The translations under genes were made by a program, and so were the position numbers. The notes below the pieces were generated by a model. It did no database searches and was not told the DNA's origin. It was given only the letters and a program-made list of their open reading frames with translations. This document shows, one piece after another, positions 52,469-60,037 of a DNA stretch of 64,000 bases (the first letter of the stretch is position 1; each line of letters begins with the position of its first letter). Source of the stretch: an uncultured Actinomycetes bacterium (GTDB taxonomy: Bacteria; Actinomycetota; Thermoleophilia; Gaiellales; Gaiellaceae); assembly GCA_963748205.1 (NCBI GenBank), contig CAVVIB010000014.1:24262-88261 (forward strand). Direction: 5' to 3'.

Positions 52469-53302
52469 ATGACCGCCAGCCTGCGCCGCGTGCTCGTGCG
52501 GGCGCCGCAGGCGGCGGATGCGGTGCTCTGGAGGGCCTACGGCTGGCGCGACGAGCCGGACACGGGCGAGGCGGCCGCAGAGCATGAGGCCTTCCGGGCG
52601 CTGCTCGCGGAATCCGGCGCGGAGGTCGTGCTCGCCGAGACGCCGCACGGCCCCGATCCCGACGCGATCTACGTCTACGACCCGGCGATCGTCGCCGACA
52701 ACGGCGCGATCCTCTTGCGCCCGGGCAAGGAGGGCCGCCGAGGCGAGCCCGCCGCCATGGGCGCGGACTTCGTCGAGGCGGGCGTCCCCATCGCGGGGCA
52801 GCTCGACGCGCCGGCGCTCGCCGAGGGCGGCGACACGGTGTGGCTCGACGACCGCACGCTCCTCGTGGGGCGCGGCTACCGGACGAACGACGCGGGCATC
52901 GCCGCCCTGGGCGAGCTGCTGCCCGGCGTCGACGTCGTGGCGTTCGACCTCCCGTACTACCACGGCGCCGGCGAGGTGCTCCACCTCATGTCGTTCCTCT
53001 CGCCGCTCGACATCGACCTCGCGGCCGTCTACCTCCCCCTCATGCCCGTGCGGCTGGTGGAGATCCTCCAGGAGCGCGGGATCCAGTTCGTCGAGGTGCC
53101 GGACGAGGAGTTCGAGACGATGGGCCCGAACGTGCTCGCCCTCGCGCCGCGCGTCGCGCTCGCCCTCGAGGGCAACGACGAGACCCGGCGCCGCATGGAG
53201 GCCGCCGGCGTCGACGTCCGCGTCTACAAGGGCGACCACATCTCCCGCCTGGGCGACGGCGGCCCGACCTGCCTCACGCGCCCGCTCCTCCGCACGGCCT
53301 AG
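52469..53302 (+). CDS. amidinotransferase-fold enzyme (dimethylarginine dimethylaminohydrolase / arginine deiminase-like)
   Basis: 277 aa from ATG 52469 (alternative ATG 52433). VLVRAP..., GGDTVWLDDRTLLVGRGYRTN, EVLHLMSFLSP, C-terminal GGPTCLTRPL catalytic Cys. Confidence 0.75.
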   Translation: MTASLRRVLVRAPQAADAVLWRAYGWRDEPDTGEAAAEHEAFRALLAESGAEVVLAETPHGPDPDAIYVYDPAIVADNGAILLRPGKEGRRGEPAAMGADFVEAGVPIAGQLDAPALAEGGDTVWLDDRTLLVGRGYRTNDAGIAALGELLPGVDVVAFDLPYYHGAGEVLHLMSFLSPLDIDLAAVYLPLMPVRLVEILQERGIQFVEVPDEEFETMGPNVLALAPRVALALEGNDETRRRMEAAGVDVRVYKGDHISRLGDGGPTCLTRPLLRTA

Positions 53303-53320
53303 CCCTTTCAGACGTGTCCC

Positions 53321-53340
53321 GGGGTCAGACCCCGGCCGTG
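53321..53340. repeat. 20-nt exact direct repeat, copy 1 (GGGGTCAGACCCCGGCCGTG)
   Basis: Contains the 13 bp palindrome GGGGTCAGACCCC. Lies in a convergent intergenic region. Confidence 0.6.
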
Positions 53341-53433
53341 TCCGCCGCGGACACCTGTGGGCGCCCGCACCGCCGACGTGCAGGGCGAATGAGAAGCGCT
53401 CCCCAGACATGGCCCGCCGAAAGGGCCACGTCA

Positions 53434-53453
53434 GGGGTCAGACCCCGGCCGTG
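53434..53453. repeat. 20-nt exact direct repeat, copy 2
   Basis: Identical 20-mer, 113 nt downstream of copy 1. Confidence 0.6.
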
Positions 53454-53472
53454 GCCGGCGGGGACGCGTCCG

Positions 53473-54495
53473 TCAGCGCAGGAGGAAGCCCTCGCCGAGG
53501 GGGTCGTCCGGCGTGAGGACGAACTCGTGCGAGCCGGTGCGCGCGGCGCTGCCCTCGACCTCGGTGATCACCGCCGGGCGGCCCGCGACCGCGGCGTCGC
53601 CGACGACCCTGGCGCGGAACTCGGTGCCGAGGATGCCCTCGTGGACGAGCTCCGTGCCGCGCGGGAGCTCGCCCGCGCGCTCGAGCAGCGCCAGCCGCGC
53701 CGAGGTCCCGCTCCCGCAGGGCGAGCGGTCGACCTCGCCGTCGGCGAAGACGGTCACGTTGCGCTGGCGCACCGGCGGGCCGAAGTCGACGCGCTCCCAG
53801 AAGATCACCCCGTAGATGTCCCGCAGCTCCGGCTCCTCCGGGTGGATGTACGGCCGCTGCGCCTCCAGGCCCGCCTTGACCGCGCGGCCGAGCTCGATGA
53901 GCTCCGGGAGGTTCCGCGGCGTGACGGGGAGCGGCGAGGCCACGGACCCGTAGAACGCTCCGCCGAACGCCACGTCCGCGCGCAGCCCCTCAGCGATCAG
54001 CGCCTCCGCCTCAACGTAGGAAGGGACGTTCCTGAAGCGCACCGAGACGACCCTGTCGCCCGCGACCCGCGCTACGGTCTCCAGCCGACCCGAGGGCACG
54101 TCCACGACGACGCGGGTCTCCGGCTCTTCGGTGGGGAGGACGCCGGTCTCGAGCGCCCAGGTAACGAGCGCGATCGTGCCGTGGCCGCACGCCGTCGAGT
54201 ACCCCGCGTTGTGGAAGAAGACGACGCCGAGGTCGGCGCCCTCGTCCTCGGGCTCCGTGACGAAGCACCCGTACATGTCCGCGTGGCCGCGCGGCTCGAA
54301 GACGAGCAGGCGCCGCACGCGGTCGAGCTCCTCGGTGGCGAAGCGGCGCTTCTCCAGGATCGTCGCGCCCTCGAGCGGCGGCACGCCGCCGGTGACGATC
54401 CTGAACGGCTCGCCGGCGGTGTGGTAGTCGACCGCGCTGACCTCGAGCGGCGCGCTCAGCTCGGCGCCCCCACCACCGAGGTGCAGTGGGCGCAC
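53473..54495 (-). CDS. proline racemase / 4-hydroxyproline epimerase family enzyme (Cys/Cys type)
   Basis: AVDYHTAGEPFRIV, first catalytic Cys in YSTACGHGT, second in DRSPCGSGTSA. Start taken at GTG 54495 to limit overlap with mscL. The track ATG is at 54537. Confidence 0.8.
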   Translation of the reverse strand: MRPLHLGGGGAELSAPLEVSAVDYHTAGEPFRIVTGGVPPLEGATILEKRRFATEELDRVRRLLVFEPRGHADMYGCFVTEPEDEGADLGVVFFHNAGYSTACGHGTIALVTWALETGVLPTEEPETRVVVDVPSGRLETVARVAGDRVVSVRFRNVPSYVEAEALIAEGLRADVAFGGAFYGSVASPLPVTPRNLPELIELGRAVKAGLEAQRPYIHPEEPELRDIYGVIFWERVDFGPPVRQRNVTVFADGEVDRSPCGSGTSARLALLERAGELPRGTELVHEGILGTEFRARVVGDAAVAGRPAVITEVEGSAARTGSHEFVLTPDDPLGEGFLLR

Positions 54496-54860
54496 CGCCG
54501 CGCCCCGACCGGGATCTCGCTGAGGCACTCGGGGCACTCGCGCGTCGTCGGGTCCTCGCCCTTCGCGCGGCGCTCACGGAGCGCGTTCACCGGCTTGACC
54601 ACGAAGAAGAACAGCACCGCCCCGATGGCCACGAACGCGACGAGCGCGTTCAGGAACTCGCCGTAGCGAAAGACGCTGTCGTTGATCTCGAACGTGAGCC
54701 CGGAGAAGTCAGGCTGGCCGAAGAGCGCGGCGATCAGCGGCGTGATCAGGTCCTCGACGAGCGACGTCACGACCGCGGTCAGCGCCAGCGCGAGCACCAA
54801 GGCGACGGCAACCTCGACCAGGTTGCCCTTGAGCAGGAAGTCCTTGAACTCTCTGAGCAT
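54456..54860 (-). CDS. mscL: large-conductance mechanosensitive channel MscL with a C-terminal zinc-ribbon-like tail
   Basis: 134 aa from ATG 54860. MLREFKDFLLKGNLVEVAVALVLALALTAVVTSLVEDLITPLI... Tail ECPECLSEIPVGARRCAHCTS. Confidence 0.85.
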   Translation of the reverse strand: MLREFKDFLLKGNLVEVAVALVLALALTAVVTSLVEDLITPLIAALFGQPDFSGLTFEINDSVFRYGEFLNALVAFVAIGAVLFFFVVKPVNALRERRAKGEDPTTRECPECLSEIPVGARRCAHCTSVVGAPS

Positions 54861-54913
54861 GGGTGCACCTCCCGGCCCGTTGACGGGCCGAGAGTACACC
54901 CGATGCGAAACGG

Positions 54914-55765
54914 CTAGGAGCCCTTCTCGATCGGCACGTCGACGAGGTTGCCCCACTCCGTCCACGAGCCGTCGTAGTTGCGGACGTCCTCGTAGCCGAG
55001 CAGCTCGCGGAGGACGAACCACGTGTGGGCGCTGCGCTCGCCGATGCGGCAATAGGCCGTGACGGGCTTGTCCGCGGAGACGCCCTTGCCGCCGTAGAGC
55101 TCCTTGAGCTCGTCGGCCGACTTGAACGTGCCGTCGTCGCGCACCGCGCTGGCCCACGGGATGGAGACCGCGGTCGGGATGTGCCCCGCCCGCTGCGCGC
55201 CCTCCTGCTCGTAGCCGGGAGGCGCGATCAGGTCGCCGGCGTACTCGCCGGGCGAGCGGACGTCGACGAGCGACGAGCTGTCGCGCTCGAGCCCTTCGCG
55301 CACCTGGTCGCGATAGGCGCGAATGGACTCATCCCGGTCCTGCGCCGTGTAGGACTGCGCCGCCGGGGACGGAGCGTCAGTGGTCAGCTCGCGGCCTTCG
55401 TCGATCCACTTCTGGCGGCCGCCGTCCAGGATGCGGACGTCGCCGTGGCCGTACACCTTCAGGTACCAGTACGCGTAGGCCGCGAACCAGTTGTTCTTGT
55501 CCCCGTAGAGGATGACCGAGGTGTCGTTGCCGATCCCGCGCTCGCCGAGGACACGCTCGAACGTCTCCTTGTCGACGATGTCGCGCTCGACGGGATCCTG
55601 CAGGTCATCCCGCCAGTGGAGCTTGACCGCTCCCGGGATATGGCCTTCCTCGTACAGATCGGGGTTCTCGTCGACCTCGGCGACGACGAGGTTGGCGTCG
55701 CCCAGGTGCTCGGCGAGCCAGTCCGTCGTCACGAGGACGGCGTTCGCGTATCCGTTCTCCGACAT
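54914..55765 (-). CDS. thiosulfate/3-mercaptopyruvate sulfurtransferase (tandem rhodanese)
   Basis: 283 aa. GHIPGAV, active-site loop AYCRIGERSAHTWF. SD GGGAGG upstream of ATG 55765. Confidence 0.9.
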   Translation of the reverse strand: MSENGYANAVLVTTDWLAEHLGDANLVVAEVDENPDLYEEGHIPGAVKLHWRDDLQDPVERDIVDKETFERVLGERGIGNDTSVILYGDKNNWFAAYAYWYLKVYGHGDVRILDGGRQKWIDEGRELTTDAPSPAAQSYTAQDRDESIRAYRDQVREGLERDSSSLVDVRSPGEYAGDLIAPPGYEQEGAQRAGHIPTAVSIPWASAVRDDGTFKSADELKELYGGKGVSADKPVTAYCRIGERSAHTWFVLRELLGYEDVRNYDGSWTEWGNLVDVPIEKGS

Positions 55766-55799
55766 GCAGAACCTCCCACGATGATGGTCGCGCGGGAAT

Positions 55800-55826
55800 C
55801 TATCACTTCACAAAGTGAAGCGATAG
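55800..55826. promoter_or_regulatory. 27 bp near-perfect palindrome upstream of the rhodanese gene (candidate operator)
   Basis: CTATCACTTCAC-AAA-GTGAAGCGATAG. The 12 bp arms match at 11/12. Located 35-61 nt upstream of ATG 55765. Confidence 0.4.
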
Positions 55827-56136
55827 TGCGGGAGGCGTCGCGCCGGCTAGACGAGCTGCTGGGCGATCAGGCCCAGCGCGGCGAGCCACATGGCCGCCAG
55901 AACGCCGAGGAGCGGAGCCAGAGGACGGAGGGAAGGACGCTCTTGCATGTCGAGGAATCTCGGGTCGCGCGCCGGAGAGCTTCGACAAGAGCACGAGGCA
56001 TCCTTCCCGGCCGTCGAAGAAAATCGGCCGAAGCAAGGGGACGCGGGCCGCTAGAACCGCAAAGGGGCAAGTCGCGCTGGGATGTCTCCCGCGCGTCTGG
56101 GGTCCCTTCCCTGGGTTACCGGGCGATGCCGGAGTG

Positions 56137-56223
56137 CTAGCGGCCGCCGAAATGGCCGAAACCGGCCAGCGGTGCGAGGAACGCGACCAGCGTGGTCAGC
56201 GTCAGGAGAGCCTTCACCTTCAC
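56137..56223 (-). CDS. 28-codon hydrophobic micro-ORF (candidate exported signalling pro-peptide) coupled to the upstream XRE-TPR regulator
   Basis: Not in the track. GAAGGAGG lies 8 nt before GTG 56223, and the ORF starts 19 nt after the regulator stop. VKVKALLTLTTLVAFLAPLAGFGHFGGR*. GC3 is 24/28. Coordinates were checked against track ORF 56134..56364. Confidence 0.5.
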   Translation of the reverse strand: MKVKALLTLTTLVAFLAPLAGFGHFGGR

Positions 56224-56242
56224 AGTCGTCACCTCCTTCTCT

Positions 56243-57583
56243 CTAGAAGTGGAAGTCCTGGAGCGTTTCCGCGGCTCGGCGGTACAGTCGCGCCGCCTGC
56301 CGGTCGTCGCCCTGCCGTCCGGCGAGGTCGCCCTGACCCATCCAGGCGCGGGCTCGCTGGCTGACGGCGGACTGCTTGTCGAAGCTCGACTCGGCGGCCG
56401 CGAAGTACTCCGCGGCCTCGTCGTAGCGTTCCTGCTCGAGAAGCGAGTTCCCGAGCACGAGCTGCGCGTTGCCGATCTCGTCGAGGTGGTCCTCCCGGTC
56501 GCCGAGCATCGCGAGGGCCTCGCGGGCCTGCGACTCGGCGAGCTCGACCTGGCCGGTGGCGAGGTGCACCCCGGCGAGGGAGTTGATGACCCGGGCGGCG
56601 TTCGTGTCGTCGCCGAGGTCGAGGAGGACCTTGAAAGACTGCTTCAGGTAGCCGATCGCCTCGTCGGAGCGTCCGAGCTGGTGGTTGAGCGCCCCGATCT
56701 CGTTCAGGAGCTTCCCGACGTTGGCCTCGTCGCGGACCTCCTCGTAGATCCCCTTCGCCTTCTCGGCGTAGGAGCGGGCCTGGACCCAGTTGCCCGTGCG
56801 CTCGGCGATGAGCGAGTACTGGAAATAGACGTGCGCCATCGTGTGGCGGTCGTTGAGCCCTTCCGCGAGCTCGAGCGCGCGCTCGACGTCCTCCTTCGCG
56901 GCCTGGAAGTCGCGCGCCTGGCGATAGCAGCGCGAGCGCCACTCGAGGATGTGCGAGCGGAGGCGGTCGGCGGGGACGGGCGAGCGCTGGACGAGCTCGA
57001 GCGCCTGCGTGTACAGGGCCTGGGCCGTCGCGTACGAGTTCAGCTTCACCCGGCAGCAGCCGAGGTGGTAGAGCACCTGCGCCCGGTCGATGTCGGTGAA
57101 CGACGGGCTCTCGGCGATCGCGCGGGCGCGGTCGAGGATGGCAACCGACTTGCGGACCTCGCCCAGGTACATGCGCGACCACGCCTCGGCGAGGTACGCG
57201 CGCAGGGCGAGCTCCGGCGCCGCCAGTGTGTCCAGGACGGACGCGAGCGGAAGAAGCTCGGCGACGGCATCCTCGTACTCGCTGGCCTCGATCGCGGCCT
57301 CGGCGCGGACGATCACGCTCTCGACGCGCTCGCGCTCGCTCGAGGAGACGCCGGTCTCGAGGAAGCTCGAGTCGACGCCCAGGCGAGCGGCAAGCCATTC
57401 GATCGTCTCGGCCGTCGGGCGCGTCTTGCCACGCTCGATCTGGCTGACGTATTCCTTGGAGAAGCGCTCGCCGGCCAGGTCGGTCTGCGTCAGTCCCCGG
57501 GCGATCCGGAGCTGCCTGACGCGACCTCCGAGAGTGGGGCGCGACGGTGTTTGGGTGCGGGCGAGGGCGGCGGTCTCGTTCAT
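56243..57583 (-). CDS. HTH(XRE)-TPR transcriptional regulator (RRNPP/Rgg-like architecture), paralogue of 44005..45309
   Basis: About 446 aa (ATG 57583; the track start TTG 57589 is 2 codons upstream). HTH LGGRVRQLRIARGLTQTDLAGERFSKEYVSQIERGKTRPT, then about 8 TPR-like repeats. Confidence 0.85.
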   Translation of the reverse strand: MNETAALARTQTPSRPTLGGRVRQLRIARGLTQTDLAGERFSKEYVSQIERGKTRPTAETIEWLAARLGVDSSFLETGVSSSERERVESVIVRAEAAIEASEYEDAVAELLPLASVLDTLAAPELALRAYLAEAWSRMYLGEVRKSVAILDRARAIAESPSFTDIDRAQVLYHLGCCRVKLNSYATAQALYTQALELVQRSPVPADRLRSHILEWRSRCYRQARDFQAAKEDVERALELAEGLNDRHTMAHVYFQYSLIAERTGNWVQARSYAEKAKGIYEEVRDEANVGKLLNEIGALNHQLGRSDEAIGYLKQSFKVLLDLGDDTNAARVINSLAGVHLATGQVELAESQAREALAMLGDREDHLDEIGNAQLVLGNSLLEQERYDEAAEYFAAAESSFDKQSAVSQRARAWMGQGDLAGRQGDDRQAARLYRRAAETLQDFHF

Positions 57584-57599
57584 GGTCAACCTACGGTGA

Positions 57600-57627
57600 A
57601 CTATACGAGCTAAAAACTACTTCACAA
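57600..57627 (-). promoter_or_regulatory. sigma70-like promoter for the XRE-TPR regulator
   Basis: Minus strand TTGTGA (57627..57622), 16 nt spacer, TATAGT (57605..57600). About 10-17 nt upstream of the TTG/ATG start. Confidence 0.4.
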
Positions 57628-57633
57628 CCCCAC

Positions 57634-57661
57634 TTGACTTGTGTTGTACCTGGGCTATAGT
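57634..57661 (+). promoter_or_regulatory. near-consensus sigma70-like promoter facing a roughly 270 nt non-coding stretch; also the third copy of the recurrent element
   Basis: TTGACT (57634..57639), 16 nt spacer, TATAGT (57656..57661), in an AT-rich island. TTGACTTGTGTTGT is 12/14 identical to 44010..44023. Confidence 0.45.
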
Positions 57662-57935
57662 CAGATCCGTTCCGCATTCCTGCCAGACGCCAGGCAAGAG
57701 GGGTGCGGGAGGCGCGCCATTCCCGGCGACACCAACCCGGAGGCATCGGCTGGGCCGCAGAGCCGAAGTCTCCGGGTTGTCGCCTTTCTCAGAGCCGAAC
57801 ATGTTCAAAGCGTCGGCAGCAGGGCCGGATCGGTCGATCCCTCGAAGGCGTACGCTTGACCGCCGGTGAAGCGGTCATACCGTTCGCCTACTTACCTCCT
57901 ACCGGTGGAAGCCGGCTCGGGCGAACGTCAGCCGC

Positions 57936-59369
57936 TCAGGCGGCGACCTCGGCGAGCTCTGCCGCGTCCATGTGCCGGTGCTTGCGGATCGTGGTGACGG
58001 CGACCACTGCACCGATCAGCGCGAACACCGCGCTCACCCTGAGCGCGACCTGGAAGCCGTCGATGAAGGACGAGGGATCCGGCCGGCCGCCGCTCAGGTC
58101 GACGTACGAGGCCACGATCGCCCCCATGACGGCGATCCCGAGTGCCCCGCCGACCTGGCGGAACGTGTTCAGGACGCCGGAGCCGACCCCCGACTTCTCC
58201 ACGGGGACGGAGCCGAGCGCGGCCGCCGTCATCGGCGTCATGACGAGACCCATTCCGAAGCCGCCCACGACCAGGCCCGGAAAGATGTCCCAGAAGCCCG
58301 AGTCGAGGCCGAGGCGCGAGAAGATCGCGAGGGAGGCGGCTAGGCAGAGCATCCCGGAGGTCATCAGTGCCCGCGAGCCGATGCGGTCGGACGACTTCCC
58401 GGCGATCGGCGCGATCAGGATGATCAGGATCGTCATCGGGAGGAACGCGGCGCCGGTCTTGGTTGCCGAATAGCCGAGGATGTTCTGCATGTAGATCGAC
58501 ATGAAGAAGAACACGCCGAACATGGCGAGCGTCACGAGCAGCGCGACGACGTTCGCTCCGGCGAACGTGGAGCTCTTGAAGAGCGAGAGGTCGAGCATCG
58601 GCGAGCGCTGGTGCCGCTCGAGGAGCACGAAGCCGGCGAGCGAGACAACGGAGAGCACGAAGAGCCCGATGATGAGCGGGTCGGTCCACCCGTAGGCGTT
58701 CGCCTCGATCAGCGCGAACGTGAGCGCGAAGAGCCCGACGCCCGAGGCGATCAGCCCGGGAATGTCCAGGCGCTGATCGTGCGAGGTGTCCCGCGACTCG
58801 CGGATCACGAGTCGGCCGACGATCAGGCCGAGGACGCCGATGGGGACGTTGATGAAGAAGATCCAGCTCCAGTTGATGTGCTCTGTCACGAGCCCGCCGA
58901 TCAACGGGCCGATCGCGAGCGCCATCGCGGAGACGCCTGCCCAGATCCCGATCGCCATGCCGCGCTGGTGCGGAGGGAAGGTCGCCGAGATGATCGAGAG
59001 CGTGGCGGGCATCATCAGCGCGGCACCAACGCCCTGAACCGTCCGCGCGCCGATCAGCGTCTCGCCGGACGTCGCCAGCCCGCAGGCGAGCGAGGAGAGC
59101 GTGAAGATCGCGAGGCCGACCAGGAAGACGCGGCGTCGCCCGAAGAAGTCGGCCATCTTGCCGCCGGAGAGCATGAGCACGGCGAAGGTCAGGGCATACG
59201 CGTTCACCGTCCACTCGAGCTCCGAGAGGCCGATCCCGAGGTCGCTCTGGATCGACGGGAGCGCGACGTTCACGACGGTGTTGTCGAGCATGATCATGAA
59301 GAGCGCGAAGGCAACGGCGCCAAGCGTCCACCACTTCCGGCTCTCCTCGGCGAAGATTCGTGCCTTCAC
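57936..59369 (-). CDS. MFS drug:H+ antiporter, DHA2 (EmrB/QacA, 14-TMS) family
   Basis: Start GTG 59369 (GTGA overlap with the TetR stop). WWTLGAVAFALFMIMLDNTVVNVALPSIQSDLG... 14 hydrophobic segments. Confidence 0.85.
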   Translation of the reverse strand: MKARIFAEESRKWWTLGAVAFALFMIMLDNTVVNVALPSIQSDLGIGLSELEWTVNAYALTFAVLMLSGGKMADFFGRRRVFLVGLAIFTLSSLACGLATSGETLIGARTVQGVGAALMMPATLSIISATFPPHQRGMAIGIWAGVSAMALAIGPLIGGLVTEHINWSWIFFINVPIGVLGLIVGRLVIRESRDTSHDQRLDIPGLIASGVGLFALTFALIEANAYGWTDPLIIGLFVLSVVSLAGFVLLERHQRSPMLDLSLFKSSTFAGANVVALLVTLAMFGVFFFMSIYMQNILGYSATKTGAAFLPMTILIILIAPIAGKSSDRIGSRALMTSGMLCLAASLAIFSRLGLDSGFWDIFPGLVVGGFGMGLVMTPMTAAALGSVPVEKSGVGSGVLNTFRQVGGALGIAVMGAIVASYVDLSGGRPDPSSFIDGFQVALRVSAVFALIGAVVAVTTIRKHRHMDAAELAEVAA

Positions 59370-60037
59370 GAGGGTTCCTCCTTGCTGTGCGGGAGCAAAT
59401 GACCGCGCGCCTCTGCGGGCGCGAGGCCGAAGACGATGGTGTGGACGAGCTCGCGCGCGAACAGCGCCGGGTCCGTCGGCTCCTTGCCGGCCAACGCGTG
59501 CGTCAGGACCTGGTCGCGGCACGCGCCGATGAGGATCGACGCGACGACGTCGGGGTGCGCGCGCTCGTCGAGGCGCCCGAGCTTCTGCTCGGCGCCGATG
59601 TATGAAGCCGCGGTCCTGAAGATCGCGACGGGGCCGGTCTCGCGCTCGCGCAGCCGCTCCTTGAAGCGCGCGAAGACGCTCCGGTCGCCCATGAGCGCGT
59701 AGAAGATCGGCTGGTTGTCGTGGAGAAGCTTGAGGAGCTCCTCGACCCAGGGGACGAGGTTGGCCTCGACCGTCTCCTCGCCGGCCCGCGAGGGCAGCTC
59801 CATCAGCTCGGCGAAGTAGGGCTCGCGCTCGACGATGACCGCGATGACGAGGTCGATCTTGTCCTCGAAGTGAACGTAGATCGAGCCCTCCGCACAGCCG
59901 GCGGCACGGGCGATCTCGCGGGTGGTCGCGCCCGCGAGGCCGTGCTCCCGGATGAGCGTGTCCGCCGCCTCGATGATCCGGCGGCGCAACGTTGGCTTGG
60001 TTTCGACCGTCTCCACCATGAGTGAGTGCTCGCTCAT
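59366..60037 (-). CDS. TetR-family transcriptional regulator
   Basis: RRRIIEAADTLIREHGLAGATTREIARAAGCAEGSIYVHFEDK is the TetR_N HTH. Start is ATG 60037 or ATG 60019. Confidence 0.85.
   Translation of the reverse strand: MSEHSLMVETVETKPTLRRRIIEAADTLIREHGLAGATTREIARAAGCAEGSIYVHFEDKIDLVIAVIVEREPYFAELMELPSRAGEETVEANLVPWVEELLKLLHDNQPIFYALMGDRSVFARFKERLRERETGPVAIFRTAASYIGAEQKLGRLDERAHPDVVASILIGACRDQVLTHALAGKEPTDPALFARELVHTIVFGLAPAEARGHLLPHSKEEPS

Noticed and set aside
55847-55948. A 33-codon ORF on the minus strand (MQERPSLRPLAPLLGVLAAMWLAALGLIAQQLV) between the rhodanese gene and the second cassette.
   Set aside because: It is hydrophobic, but there is no SD or promoter-like signal upstream and no terminator. 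It cannot be distinguished from chance in GC-rich DNA.
57619-57627. The 9-mer ACTTCACAA is shared between the rhodanese palindrome (55805..55813) and the promoter region of the second regulator.
   Set aside because: A single 9-mer match has a substantial chance probability in 128 kb of two-strand sequence. The second site is not palindromic. It is not enough to link the two.
57639-57869. Track ORFs 57639..57869(+), 57641..57859(+), 57617..57808(-) and 57703..58473(+), considered as possible small proteins downstream of the strong plus-strand promoter.
   Set aside because: None has an SD at a sensible distance. Composition is Arg/Pro/Gly-rich, there is no hydrophobic or otherwise recognisable peptide, and 57703..58473 is antisense to the MFS gene. 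The region is treated as non-coding.
57860-57897. A strong GGAGG on the minus strand (complement of CTTACCTCCTACC at about 57888..57900) followed by a 29-codon ORF, MTASPAVKRTPSRDRPIRPCCRRFEHVRL.
   Set aside because: The SD-to-ATG spacing is about 16 nt, which is too long. The peptide is basic with no signal-like core and is unlike the two micro-ORFs. It is more likely part of an RNA helix.
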